A DNA stretch of 64,000 bases, from assembly GCF_964194155.1 (NCBI RefSeq), contig NC_135901.1, positions 4,278,001 to 4,342,000 of the forward strand, in the 5' to 3' direction. Within the stretch, counting starts at the first letter, position 1. Every line of letters begins with the position of its first letter. Of the stretch, positions 48,616 to 61,049 are shown in pieces. A model generated the notes under the pieces. It made no database searches. It had not been told where the DNA came from and saw only the letters and a program-made list of their open reading frames with translations. The position numbers and the translations under genes are program-made. Source of the DNA: Cetorhinus maximus. Taxonomy: Eukaryota.

Positions 48616-49309
48616 CGATAGACAATACAGATTTAGAAAGGGAAAGTTACCCTTTAAAAGCCCCCACCCTTTGCCTCCAGCACCTAAATCTAATAATAAA
48701 AACCCTAGTATAAAAAACACATACAGGACTGACAAATGTTACAGTGTTGGTTTAGAGCCAAAGTTTCGAGTTCCCATTTGAGTTCCTACGCCTTTCTGTC
48801 TCTCTATTGCGCATGTGAATGACAGCCAGGCGATGGAGCTGAAGGCTCAATGTAGCTGAGAATAACAGGGCTTGTGGCCCAGTTGGGAAACTGCCACTGA
48901 CGCCGCACTAATAGAGACAGCAAGGTGCTGGAGGACTGACTGGGAAATGGGTCTCCAGCCAATCAGGGAGGGAGAGATGGTGATGTGACCTCCCCGGGGT
49001 TCAGTGCTCCTGTGTCCAAAGTGGGGAGTCATGAGGACAGGGTACAGAGGAGCCAAAAAGAAACTATTTGGATCGAGAACATTGTGCACATCCTTTTACT
49101 CTGGTTGTCTTTAATCCTCAAGTAATTTTCTGTTTTTTTTAAACCATGTTCTGTGACATTAATAAATTTTATCAGTAAAAATATTTGATTTTGCTGGACT
49201 TTTGATTAGATTTATGCTCTTTAGGGAAAGTGGGTGAAAGGAAGTGGCAGGCTGTTTAACAGAAAGTGAATCCCTCTAAGGTAATTGGCAAAGGATCCAG
49301 AAGGTGAGA

Positions 49310-49610
49310 TGATGGTGGGGGAGTCCAGAACCAGGGGTCACAGTCTGAGGATATGGGGTAGACCATTTAGGACTGAGATGAGGAGAAATTTCTTCATCCA
49401 AAGAGTGGTGAGCCTGTGGAATTCGTTACCACAGAAAGTAGTTGAGACCAAAGCATTGTATGTTTTCAAGGAGTTAGATACAGCTCTTGGGGTGAAAGGG
49501 ATCAAAGGTTATGGGGAGAAAGTGGGAGCAGGCTATTGAGTTGGATGATCAGCTATGATCATAATGAATGGCGGAGCCGAATGGCCTACTCCTGTTCCTA
49601 GTTTCTATGT
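49310..49610 (+). mobile_element. CR1 3' end
   Basis: SRTRGHSL...RTEMRRNFF.QRVV.LWNSLP peptide; tail cctactcctgttcctagtttctatgt. Confidence 0.85.
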
Positions 49611-50079
49611 AAATTTTATTTTTTTCACACAGCGAGTTGTTCTGATCTGCCTGAAAGCAGATTCAATTATTTATTTCCAAGGTGTAAATATTTGAAAGGG
49701 AAGAATTTGCAGGGCTGTAGGGAAAGAGGAGAGCAGTTGGATGAATCAGAAATTCCTTTCAAAGAGATGGCACGGGCATGATGGGCCAAATGGATTCCTT
49801 CTGCAGCCTGTGAATCTGAGCTTCCTGTCTTTGTGCAGGTTAAAAGGTCAGATTTCATTTCAGCCTCATCCTGGTATATATATTTAAAGAGACAAGTTTC
49901 TCTTTAGTTCTGAGGGACCGACATAACAATGTCTCCAATCCTCTGTATATTTAAACATTGAAGATTGCATGGCCAATTGTAGTCAACAGCCTTCCTGTAG
50001 CTCTCTCAGGAGGCAGCAAGAAAGCATTTGACTGCTTAACAACAGCAACCTCCGCTGAACATGATTAAACCACAACAAC

Positions 50080-50570
50080 AAAAACAACCTGCATTTGTAT
50101 AGCACCTTTAATCATGTGCTTCACAGGTGCCATTACTAAACAAAATTTTACACCGAGCCACATAAAGAGATGACCAGTAGCTTGGTTTTAAGGAGTTTCC
50201 TAAAGAAGCACAAGAGATCAAGGGGCAGAGAGGTTTAAGGAGGGAATTCCAGAGCGTGGGACCCAGGCAGCTGAAGGCAAAGCCCCCAGTTGTTGTGCAA
50301 TTGAAATTGGGGATATTGAAGAGGCCAGAATTAGTGGAGCACAGATATCTCAGAGGGTTTTAAGGATGGAGAAGATTACAGAGATGGGGAGAGGGGGATG
50401 TGAGACCACGTGGTGGTTTGAAAAAAAGGATGCTAGGGAGGGATTTGAAAAAAAAGAGAATTTTAAAATCGAGGCGTTGCTTGAGTGGGAGCCAGTGTTG
50501 GTCAGTGAGCACAGCGGGTGATAGGTGAACGGGACTGAGTGTGAGTTGGGAGACAGGCAGCAGAGTTTGT
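50080..50570 (-). mobile_element. L2 LINE 3' end
   Basis: Peptide HLSPAVLTDQHWLPLKQRLDFKIL. Confidence 0.7.
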
Positions 50571-50799
50571 TGACTGAAGAAAACTGGTCCAGTTCTGGAC
50601 ATTTCCCATGACACTACTTATGTCTAAGATTGAGCTGACATCAAACCTTTCCATTGGGATTGCATAATCTGCTGATGTCATCGCATTCTATTGTGATGAT
50701 GTCATAAGATTACATCAGCATTTTTCTGATTATATAATCAGCTGACACCAGACTATATACTTTATTGGGAGTGTGGGATTAGCTGATGCCTGTACAATC

Positions 50800-51590
50800 C
50801 TTTACCTTTACGCAGTAAGCAGAAACGATCGTTTGTGTGATTTCATAAATAAAATTTTTAACTACATGTACATAACTTATTTTTGAATCCGGAAATGGTC
50901 CGGATCGTGAACATTTACCACTAAAATTAACCAATTTGCTAGCGCAAGCGTATGTGACTTTTCAGCCAATTTGTTGTTCTTGTTTACAATAAATTGTTGG
51001 GGAGAAAAAAATGTTATTTCAACCAATCTCCCAATGTTATCAAATCCTTTTAAACATTTGAATATTGCTGAAAAAAGAGACATGCTGTCAAAGCTTTTCT
51101 TCTTGCACTCATTAGGATAGTTGCAAGAATACCAAATGTCAAAGTGAACAACAGTTTATACTGTCTGAGAAACAGGGTGCTGATTGGTTGTCAAATGGAC
51201 CCTGGCTGGTTGAGGCATTGCCATGTAGAATGCACCAGGGAACAGTTACCCAAAGCTTTTGTTCAAATTCAGAAATGGCAAGTCGACTCTGATTGGTTGA
51301 GATGCTGCCATGGGGAATGCATCAGGGAACAATTGTCCCCCAAGCTCCTGTTTAATTAAAAAGGCAAAATGCTTGGACAAATTCCTTTTGTGTGCAGAAA
51401 ACAGGGCCCAGTATTTGAATATGAAAAATCCAGTGCCTGGATCCAGTTTGCACGTTCACTACATCTAATCATTTCTTCCTTTGACCATACTCTATTTGTG
51501 TACCACGTTTTGTTCAAATCCATCCATTAGTTTTTAAGATATATTGTTACAGACAGACAGACAAACAAACAGGGATGAAAACATTCTCTG
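50800..51590 (+). mobile_element. Candidate Helentron-associated non-autonomous element, interrupted by a Penelope-like fragment (51062-51425)
   Basis: aaatccatccattagttttt...(GACA)n(AACA)n gggatgaaaacat resembles the 3' region of these elements, from recall. Confidence 0.45.
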
Positions 51591-52224
51591 TAAGGACAAA
51601 GCTGAAAAAAATAAACGTTTTTATTAAGACCAAGGAAGCCTTAGGCTAATCCACAGCTAACAACCTGCTCTGAAAACTCTGCTGATATTTTGACAGCTGT
51701 GATAAATTCCACCCCAGCAGCGGAGACAATCCACAACATTCCAAAGCAATCGCCATTCGAAATAAAACAAACCACAACAATTGAAAAGAAAAAGTCAATT
51801 CTCCTGATCTCCCAATGTGAACGGATCGTTCAAAAAAATTCCAGGATCTGGAACTGCACCAAAGATAGGACAGTTCTTGCATGGTCGGTGGACCAAGTTT
51901 CGGTAATTCCATCCATTAATTTGTGAGATCAATTGTTTACAGACAAACATCTTCAATGGCAGAGATACTTTCAGTACATTGACCAGCCCCAAAATCTATT
52001 CTCTGCCAGCATTTCACAGGGGGAAAGGGGTGGATTCTCAGACGAGCAAGATAAGGCATCCCCTTTAAATAGCCAGTTCCCACAGTTTATTCAGTGGCCT
52101 TTGGACGGAAGCAGATTGGTCGACACTGGGAGTTCTTGCACTGCCCCTCCCCCCCACCCTCAGGTCAGCTGGCTCCTGCTCCTGCTGGACAATCTGCCGG
52201 TAAGAATAGGAGCGTGTTGATTTA

Positions 52225-52690
52225 AAAATAAACTTGCATTTATATAGCACCTTCCACCACCTCAGGGAGTCTCAAAGTGTTCCACTGCCAATGAAACACT
52301 TTCTGAAATGTGGTCACAATGTAGGAAACGTGGCAACCAATTTGTGCACAGCAAGCTCCCACAGACGGCAATGGCCAGAGTGTCTGTTTTCACTGATGCT
52401 GATTGAGGGAAAAATATCAGGCACCAGGACACCAGGGGAGATCTCCTCCCCCTCCTGCTCTCCTTCCAATTGTGGCCATTAAATCTTTTACATACACCTG
52501 AGAGGGCAGACGGGGCTCTCGGGTTAATGTCTCACTGGAAAGACGGTCCCTCCGACAGGACAGCTGTCCCTCATAATTGGCACCGGAGGTGTCAGCCGTG
52601 GATTCTGGGGGCTTGAGTCTCTGGGTTGAGGATTCGAATGCAGCACCTCCTGAGTTAGAGGTAAGAGTGCGACCCACTGTCATGCTGTGT
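52225..52690 (-). mobile_element. Near full-length DeuSINE-like element
   Basis: tRNA-like head at 52630-52690, central domain, and tail gtgctatataaatgcaag. Confidence 0.7.
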
Positions 52691-53029
52691 TGAATAAAAT
52701 CATCTAGCTGGTGTTCTAGAGTGATGGAATGGTTACAACGCTGAAGGAGGCCATTCAGCCCATTGTGTCTGTGCCAGCCCTCTGCAAGAGCAGTGAACAT
52801 AGTGTCATTTCGCTACCTTTTCCACATAACCCTGTCAATTTTTCCCCTTCAGATAATGATCCAATTTTCTTTTGAAACCCATGACTGAATCTTCCTCCAA
52901 GCCCCTTCATCCCTGGCACCATTCTAGTACATCTCCAATCCTCCCACTTCACCAACTGTCAAGAATGAACATGGTTCAGTCCTGGATGTGATTAACAGCA
53001 GCAATAACGGCAAAATCCAACCCCTGTAA

Positions 53030-53872
53030 TTACTTGTGAACTCTCCGGTGTCTCAGCAGACTGGATAACTGACTGAAACCCTTCCCACACATAGAGCAGG
53101 TGAATGGCCTCTCACCAGTGTGAATTCGCTGGTGTCTCAGCAGGGTGGACGAATCTCTGAATCCCTTCCCACATTCAGAGCAGATGGACGGTCTCTCCCT
53201 GGTATGAACTCGCTGTTGCATCACCAGGTTGCATGACTGAATGAATCCTTTCCCGCATCCAGAGCAGGTGAATGGCCTCTTCCCATTGTGAACATGTTGG
53301 TGTGTCTGCAGGTGGGATAATTGAGTGAATCCTTTCCCACACTCGGAGCAGATGAAAGGCCTCTCCTCGGTGTGAACTCGCTGGTGCGTCAGCAGGTTGG
53401 ATGACTGAGGGAATCCCTTCCCACATGTAGAGCAGATGAAGGGCTTCTCCCCGGTGTGAACCCGCTGGTGTGTCAGGAGGGCAGATGAATCGCTGAATCT
53501 CTTCCCACACTCAGAGCAGGTGAATGGCCTCTCCCTGGTGTGAACTCGCTGGTGCATCAGCAGGTTGGATGACTGAGTAAATCCCTTCCCACACTCAGAG
53601 CAGATAAATGGCCTCTCCCCAGTGTGAACTCGCTTGTGTGTCAGCAGGTGAGATGAATTACTGAATCCCTTCCCACATTCAGAGCAGATGAATGGCCTCT
53701 CCCCGGAGTGAACTCGCTGGTGTTTCAGCAGGGTGGATGACTGAGTGAATGCTTTCCCACACTCAAAGCAGGTGAAAGGCCTCTCCCCAGTGTGAATGCG
53801 TTGATGAGTTTCCAGCGCAGATGGGGTGCAGAATCCCTTCCCACAGTCACCACATTTGTACGGTTTCTCCAT
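53030..53872 (-). CDS. C2H2 zinc-finger protein (ZNF-G), 10 fingers (finger 8 has H to Q)
   Basis: Intact 280-aa ORF; acceptor near 54242; candidate upstream donor gtgagt near 55220. Confidence 0.9.
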   Translation of the reverse strand: MEKPYKCGDCGKGFCTPSALETHQRIHTGERPFTCFECGKAFTQSSTLLKHQRVHSGERPFICSECGKGFSNSSHLLTHKRVHTGERPFICSECGKGFTQSSNLLMHQRVHTRERPFTCSECGKRFSDSSALLTHQRVHTGEKPFICSTCGKGFPQSSNLLTHQRVHTEERPFICSECGKGFTQLSHLQTHQHVHNGKRPFTCSGCGKGFIQSCNLVMQQRVHTRERPSICSECGKGFRDSSTLLRHQRIHTGERPFTCSMCGKGFSQLSSLLRHRRVHK

Positions 53873-55299
53873 GGTGCAGGTGTCCTTGTGTCCCTCCAGG
53901 TTAACTGCTCAGTTGAAACCTTGTCTTCACACAGAACATGTGTACAATCTCTCCCCGCTGTGAATGGCGTAATGTTGTTTCAGACTGTATAACTGGTTAA
54001 AGCTCTTTTCACAGTCAGTTCACTGGAGCATTCTCACTCAGTTGTCTGTGTCTCATTGCTTTTCCAGTCACACTGATGCTTGAAATGTTTTCCCACAGAC
54101 AGAACAGGGGAACATTTCTCCTTCCATATTCCACATTCAAAGGGCTGATGATATTCAGGTTCTGATGAATCCAGTAACTCTGTCAGATCTTGACGCGATA
54201 TTTGGTTTGTGTTTCCCAGATACAAGTCCTCTCCTAATATCCTGTAAAAGAAGTTTACAAAAGTCATCATTGTCAGTGCAGGATAAAAATTCACAACACA
54301 TAATTCTAGTTTCTACGGAACATTCTTTCTCTCATATTCCCCAGAAGCAGTAACTCTCTGTCCCTCCATTCTCACTGTGCTGTACCTCCCAAATCTCCTG
54401 AAGGTGCCATTTCATGCTGATCAGCAGATCCATGTGCACTGCTTCCTGTCCAGGGCACAGGGGCCTTGGAAATCATTATGCAGGCTATATATATATGTAT
54501 ACATTACTGGATTTAAAATGTGCATAATATACACTGCACTACTTGATTAAAGATACAGAGAGGATGCAAGGAAGAGCTTTATTTAGGAGCGAGTGTGCAT
54601 GACCTGGAACTCTCTGCCTGCAAGGCTGGAGGAACTCGCGATGATCAGTGATTTCAAAATGAAATTGGTGGACACTTGAAGGAAATAAACTTGTAGGAGA
54701 ACGGGGCATAGAGGGAGAATGGGATGGATAGCTCTACAGAGAGTCGGCATGGACTTGAGTTGCTGAATGCATTCCTGTGCTGTAATGACTCGATGACGGG
54801 AAATATATAACGGTAGCTAGAGTACTATATTACAAGACTAGACATATTTATAAATGAAAGTTATTATTGGTCAACAAAAAATATATCAAATATTTACCAT
54901 ATAAAAACATTCGACATATCTCTGCCCTATATTAGTTTACTGCCACCTTAAATGTCAGGCATCTCCTGGGGAATCCGCCTATTTTATTGGAAATACTAGG
55001 AAAGAGGCTATCCTTTTAGCCAGACAAATAAATGTGTCAAGCTGAGGGAGTAAAGGATGTCATTGTCTTTAAGAGAGAGCGAGAGAGAAGGACAGACCTG
55101 GGCCAACCTTTCCAGAGTCTGCACCCTCTTCCTTTCCCTTCAGTTTCTGCAGGTCAACAATTTAAACCCAGAATTAGAAAAGAAATGGAAAGGGGGAGAA
55201 AAAGAAAGTGTTTTACTCACAGGTATTTGACATGGGACTGGGGAGAAAGTTTTCGTGTGTGAGAAGCTAAATCCTCATTCAGAGAGAGAAGCAGCATCA

Positions 55300-56130
55300 G
55301 CAGCTTTGCTGGGCAGTAATGGACAGGTTTAAAAGCTCATTGTCCAACATGCGCATTCAAACAATGGGGGAAGTTCCGTGTCGTCATTGCGACAGTGGCC
55401 GCGCTCTGATTGGTTGGAGGACCATCCACCTTCCGGTCGTCCAGCTCCTCCCATTGGTTAACCTCGGTCCGACCACAATGAGGGAGAGTAACCCGAGCGC
55501 GTGTTCGGTGGAGAGAGTTTGACCATCAAGCCCAGTGCTCTCAATGTGAACTGGGAACGCTCCTCTGAATCATTGTGACGCCTGAATCAGCCAATAGGAC
55601 TGACTGTGCTCCGCGGTGACGTCCTCGGGTTCCAGTTTGCGGACCAGGCGCGCGGACACGGGAGCCCCACCCATTGTTCCCCCACCCATTGTTCCCCCTC
55701 CCCCACCCATTGTTCCCCCTCCCCCACCCATTGTTCCCCCTCCCCCACCCATTGTTCCCCCTCCCCCACCCATTGTTCCCCCTCCCCCTGCACTTCCTCG
55801 AGCCAAAGTTTCCAGGCAACCGGCTGACGGCTCCGGCCAGAGCGAGAAGCCGCTCAGCGAATTCCCCCTCCCCCCCTCTGTCTACGGCGACCGGCTGGTC
55901 CAAAAAGAGATCGAGAGCGACCGCTGACGGCAGCCACACTGCGCCTGCTTCGGACAGAAAACGCTTTCTGCGCCTGCGTACTGGGCTGCCGGCTATGGGG
56001 GTGCGGGAGGGGACTGTGTAAAATGTCTTCTCATTTTCTTCCAATGCAATTTGACTTTAAACGGCACAGCATTTGTTTTTAGGTTCATAAACATTAAAAC
56101 TTCTTCCTCGGTCCAACATCTGTGAGTAAA
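55300..56130. promoter_or_regulatory. Bidirectional CpG-island promoter between ZNF-G and ZNF-H
   Basis: CpG-rich; CCAAT boxes, CATGCGCA, two TGCGCCTGC, ETS-like CTTCCGG, CRE-like TGACGTC. Homologous donors (tgtgagtaaa) point outward on both sides. Confidence 0.75.
55665..55788. repeat. 21-bp minisatellite (CCCCACCCATTGTTCCCCCTC), 5 units plus one short unit
   Basis: Read directly from the sequence. Confidence 0.95.
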
Positions 56131-56884
56131 TCACTTTCTTTCCTTCCCCTGGGAAATACAGAGAGTTGCGGGAATCTGTAACTGGAATTAGTGCCAAATA
56201 TGCTGAGGGGGGAAATGCTGGTGATTTTGTGAACCAGGCTGATGCTCCAGCTGTTTAAAGTCATATTTATCCGGTCTATTGAAATGCCATTTGTCTGTTA
56301 ATGCAGGCTTCATTTATGTTGAATTTAGTTTGATTGTTACCGGAATCGTTTTTAAAAAATAAAACCTTGTCCTTCTGTTTATTCCGTTGGGGTTGTCTGG
56401 GAATTTGTTTATTTTAAGGTTATTGGTTTCCACAGGGATCGTAACAACAGAGAAATGTCTAGTTATTTATTATTCTGTATTAAAGTTCATTTATTATTAT
56501 TTCTAGTCCTGTAATAATACTGTAGCTGCATTATATATTTCCAGTCATAAACGCATTACAGCACAGATGGTGTCCAATTGGAAACTCAGATCCATGCTGA
56601 CATTCTGTAGAGTAATCCAGTCGATCCCATTCTCCATCTGTATCCTCGTTCCCCTGAAAGTTTTTCTTTCAACTCCCTATCCAATTTCATTTTGAAACCA
56701 TTGATCATCTCCGGTTCTGCCATCCTCATAGGCATCGAATTCCAGGCCATGACTACTTGCTGTCTAAATAAAGTTCTTCCTCATATCCCCTCTGTATCGC
56801 TATTCAAGTATTACAATCTTTTTGGCTCCTTCAGGAGAATTGGGAATGTATAAATGAGATATAACAGAGTGAGAATGAAGGGAG

Positions 56885-56972
56885 TAAAAACAGAAAATGG
56901 TGCAAAAAACTCAGCAGGTCTGGCAGCATATGTGGAGCAAGAAACAGAGCTAACATTTTGAATCTGTCTGAA
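56885..56972 (-). mobile_element. Penelope-like pLTR fragment (truncated)
   Basis: aaaactcagcaggtctggcagcat family. Confidence 0.6.
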
Positions 56973-57489
56973 CATTCCTGAGAGCTCAAAATGCAGGGAG
57001 CATGTTGGGGATGGAGATTTACAGCCTTTGGGGAATGAGAGGGGAAAGAATGTTCCATAGAAACTAGAATTGTCTTCTGAATTTCTATCGCAGACTTTCT
57101 GTGATGACTTTTGTAAACTCCTTTTACAGGACATTAGAAGGGGATGATTTGCAGTCAGAAAACTCAAACCAAAGGTCACATCAAGATCTGGCAGAGCCAC
57201 TTGATTCATCGGGATCGGTATATCAGCAGCCTTTGAATCTAGAAGAAATATTTGTCTGTTATGTCTGCTTCAAAATATTTGAAACATCAGTGTGACTGGA
57301 AAAGCACCGATTCTCACACACCCGAGTAAGTGTATTCCAATGCACTGGCTTTGGAAAGAGCTATGAACTGTTATACAGTCTGAAGAAACATTTCAGCTTT
57401 CACAGCCAGGGAGACCGTACACAGGTTCTGTGTGTGAACGAGGCTTCAACTGATTGTCAAACCTGGAGAGACACAAGGGCACTCGCACC

Positions 57490-58164
57490 ATGGAGAAACC
57501 ATGGAAATGTAGGGATTGTGGGAAGGGATTCCGATGCCCGTCTGCACTGGAAATTCATCAACGCAGTCACACTGGGGAGAGGCCATTCACCTGCTCTGAG
57601 TGTGGGAAGGCATTCAGTGGTTCATGGCAGCTGCACGCACACCAGCGAGTTCATGCAGTGGAGAGGCCATTCACCTGCTCTCAGTGTGGCAAGGGATTCA
57701 GTGATTCATCAACCCTGCTGAGACACCAGCGAGTTCACACTGGAGAGAGGCCGTTCACCTGCTCTGAGTGTGGGAAGGGATTAACCCAGTTATCCAACCT
57801 GCTAACACACCAGGAAATTCACACCGGGGAGAGGCCATTCACCTGCTCTCATTGTGGGAAAGGATTCACTCGGTTATTCAACTTGCAGACACATCAGCGA
57901 GTCCACACCGGGGAGAGGCCGTTCACCTGCTCTGTGTGTGGGAAGGGTTTCACCCAGTCATCCAACCTGCTGCTACACCAGCAACTTCACACTGGGGAGA
58001 GGTCATTCCCCTGCTCTCAGTGTGGGAAGGGATTCACTCGATTATCCAGCTTACAGAGGCACCAGCGAGTTCACACCGGGGAGAGGCCATTCATGTGCTC
58101 TGTGTGTGGGAAGGGATTCACTCAGTCATCCCACCTGCAGACACACCAGCGTGTTCACAAGTGA
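57490..58164 (+). CDS. C2H2 zinc-finger protein (ZNF-H), 8 fingers
   Basis: ATG (MEKPWKC) at 57490 in ORF 57454-58164; acceptor ttttacag|gacattag near 57129. Confidence 0.9.
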   Translation: MEKPWKCRDCGKGFRCPSALEIHQRSHTGERPFTCSECGKAFSGSWQLHAHQRVHAVERPFTCSQCGKGFSDSSTLLRHQRVHTGERPFTCSECGKGLTQLSNLLTHQEIHTGERPFTCSHCGKGFTRLFNLQTHQRVHTGERPFTCSVCGKGFTQSSNLLLHQQLHTGERSFPCSQCGKGFTRLSSLQRHQRVHTGERPFMCSVCGKGFTQSSHLQTHQRVHK

Positions 58165-58241
58165 TCACAGAGATTGGATTCTGCTCTTATTGCTGCTGTT
58201 AATCACATCCAGGACTGAACCATGTTCATCCTGACAGTTGG

Positions 58242-58382
58242 AGGTGTCAGCTGTGGCTCAGTTCATAGCACCCTCGCCTTTGAATCAGAGGGTTGTGGGT
58301 TCATGTCCCACTCCTGGAAACCAAGAACTGTGATTGTACTTGAAAGAGTTGCAATCTGTGACTGTTGATAACTCGAAAGAGT
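58242..58382 (+). mobile_element. Single copy of the 140-bp mini-SINE with a 17-bp TSD, in the ZNF-H 3' UTR
   Basis: TTCATCCTGACAGTTGG at 58225-58241 and 58383-58399; the paralogous 3' UTR at about 44168-44195 lacks the insert. Confidence 0.92.
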
Positions 58383-58809
58383 TTCATCCTGACAGTTGGT
58401 GAAGTGGGAGGATCCCTTTCTGCTGGACTGGCTGGTCTCATACCTTTGTTTCCAGTGAGCTGATGCTCTTTGAGGCTTGTTGCGAGTATCCATTGCACAT
58501 TTCATATGGATCATAAAATAAAATGCTGTAGAGATGGAAAAAGATATTCATGCATTTCTGTTTGGAATCTCCTAAAGCATGCCATGTTGCCATGGAGATG
58601 GGCTGTTGGAGTTAGAAGGTTCTTTTGTTTGATTTATCTGGGTGTTTCCCACAGAAGGCAGTTGCACATCTGGGCTTGTGTAGTTTGCAGCTCACTTGGA
58701 GTTGGTGAGGGAAAAGAAGCTGGAAGATTTGCCTGGCTTGGAGCTAGAGGATGAAATCTACAGTGGCCCTCCCAGTGAAAGGCCTTGTGGTAGAAAGCAG
58801 TTAATCATA

Positions 58810-59510
58810 TGAATTAGGAGCAGGTATAGGCCATTCAGGCCTGTGAGCCTGCTCGGCCATGTGATAAGATCATAGCTGATCTAATTGAGGCCCCAACTCT
58901 ACTTTCCTGTCTACCCCCATAATCTTTGACTCCCTGTCAATCAAGAATTAACTCAACCTCAAAATTATTCAATAGCCTCCACTGCTTTCTGGTGAAGAGA
59001 ATTCCACAATTGACGACCCTGTGAGAGGACAAATTTCTCATCTCTGTCTCAAATGGGAGACCCCTTATTTTTAAACAACGGCCCCGATTTGTCGTCTCTC
59101 CCATAAGGAGAAACATGTTCAGCCTCCGAAGTGGCCAGGAGGCACAGATTTGTTTCAGAGCAAAAGGAGGCCATTCAGCCCATCGTGACTGCACCTGCTT
59201 TTTGAATGGTCATTTGATTTAGAGCCGTTCTCCCGCCTTCTACTTATAACCGTGCACGTTCTTCCTTTTCCGGTAACAATCTAATTCCCTTCTGAATGCT
59301 TCAATTGAACCTGCCTCCACCACACTCCCAGGCAGTGCATTCCAGACCTTAACCACTCGCTGCGCGAAGAAGGTTTTCCTCGTGTCACTTTTGCTTCTTT
59401 TACCAACTACTTTAAATCTGTGCCCTATCGTTTTTGATCCTTTCAGAAGGGGGAGCTCATCTCATTCTCCCCATCAACCCTGTCCAGACCCCTCATGATT
59501 TTGAATACAC
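58810..59510 (-). mobile_element. Two CR1 3' fragments
   Basis: Reverse-oriented CR1 tails at about 58810-59120 and 59150-59510. Confidence 0.7.
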
Positions 59511-59519
59511 TTCAAGCCC

Positions 59520-59630
59520 ACTGAAACACCAGTTCTTCACACTGGGGAGAGGCCATTCACCTGCTCTGAGTGTGGGAAGGGATTCACTCGTCATCCCACC
59601 TACTGGCACACCAGGGAATTCACAAGTAAC
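59520..59630 (+). pseudogene. Terminal-finger remnant of a ZNF gene with its 3' UTR
   Basis: cacactggggagaggccattcacctgctctgagtgtggg...cacaagtaa; downstream 59630-60300 is paralogous to 40830-41500. Confidence 0.8.
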
Positions 59631-61049
59631 TATCGTGATTGGATTTTGCTGTTAATCACAAACAGAACTGAACTATGTTCATTGGGGTCTGTTTCTGCTG
59701 ATGTTAATAAACTCCAGCCCAGTTATAGGGCATAGTATTGTGGATAAAATTCAAATCAGCAGCTTTGTGTTAAATACAGTGTGTTGAGTCTTTTTAGTAT
59801 CTCTGAGACAAGTTAGTTCCTTTTGAAGGGCTCTCCCTCTCCCCTGTCTCCTCCATCCTCATTGCCAACAAGTGTGAGAAGCTCATGGAGTTTCTTTGTC
59901 ACTAAGATTGAAACAATTTGATCAGCTGCCTCTGCTGCCTCCCTCCCTTCCACTAGATCACCTGTCCAATTAACCTTGAATGTTCCCCCCTCGCCCTGAA
60001 CGTACATCTTTCTGTAGTTTCTCTCCCATGTCCCCTCGTTCCTTCTCAGCACTTAGCTTTGCCATGAGACCCATCTCCTGCTACCCCAGCCCTATTTTCA
60101 CTCATTTGTTGATCTCCAAGCTTCCCATGGTCATTAACATTGTTAACAGTTCTCTCTCTTCAGGCACTGCTCCTCTCTCCTTCAAATCTGACATTATCAC
60201 CCCCTCCTCAATAAAATCAACCATTGATCCCACCATCCTTGCAAACCACTCCAAGCTCCCTTTCCCCTTCTAAGTCCTGAAATGCGTTGACACCTCCCAA
60301 ATCCTGCCCATCTTTTTGGAATTCCATTTTTGAATCTGAACATATGAAATAGGAGCAGAAGTAGGCCATTTGGCCCCTCGACACACAAGATTTCTGCCTC
60401 TGCCACATTATCGAAGTAGCTCTTCTCATCGTCCTAAACTGCATCCAATGTAACCAAGGTAAACTCTCCCTCATTGTCCTTTGTCCTTCTTGGCCCATCT
60501 ACAGTCTTTGACACCATTGACCAAACCATCCATAGCGATGGTGAATAAATGCTGGCCTAGCCACATCCCATAAATGAATTAAAACATAAATTCCTTCAAT
60601 GCCTCTTCACTGTTGTCCAGCTGGGTGGGACTGATCCCTGATTCCTTTCTTATCAAATTGTAGCAAGAGGATCAGCTGCAGTAGCTGTGATTATTTGAGG
60701 TTTTTTTTACAAACTGACTCACTGGGAAAATGATCATGTGTCACTAGACATTAACATAAAAATGTTCCATTATCAGTCTCACATTGACTGTCTCTTACAG
60801 ACCAAGTCCTTCTAAATATATCACCGCTCCTGGATTAGATCAACAGGGAAAAGTGAAGATGGTGTAGTCCACAACCCAATCTAATAGCAGTAAAAATATC
60901 TGAAAATTCCCATTAAAATGCAAGGCATTGCAGAGCAACTGTGTCTTCTGTGACTTATTGAAACAGTCATTACACAGATTGGCCAAAAGCTCCATTATTG
61001 CAGGATGCGGATGGTAGAATATGGAGCTTGATCTTTCTTATTTTTCAAC

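Noticed and set aside
55541-56044. Gly/Pro-repeat ORFs (GRGNNGW, PPPPIV)
   Set aside because: Translations of the 21-bp minisatellite.
58320-58382. Hammerhead ribozyme in the mini-SINE tail (CTGTGA...GAAA)
   Set aside because: No CUGANGA core in the right topology; both GAAA are hairpin loops.
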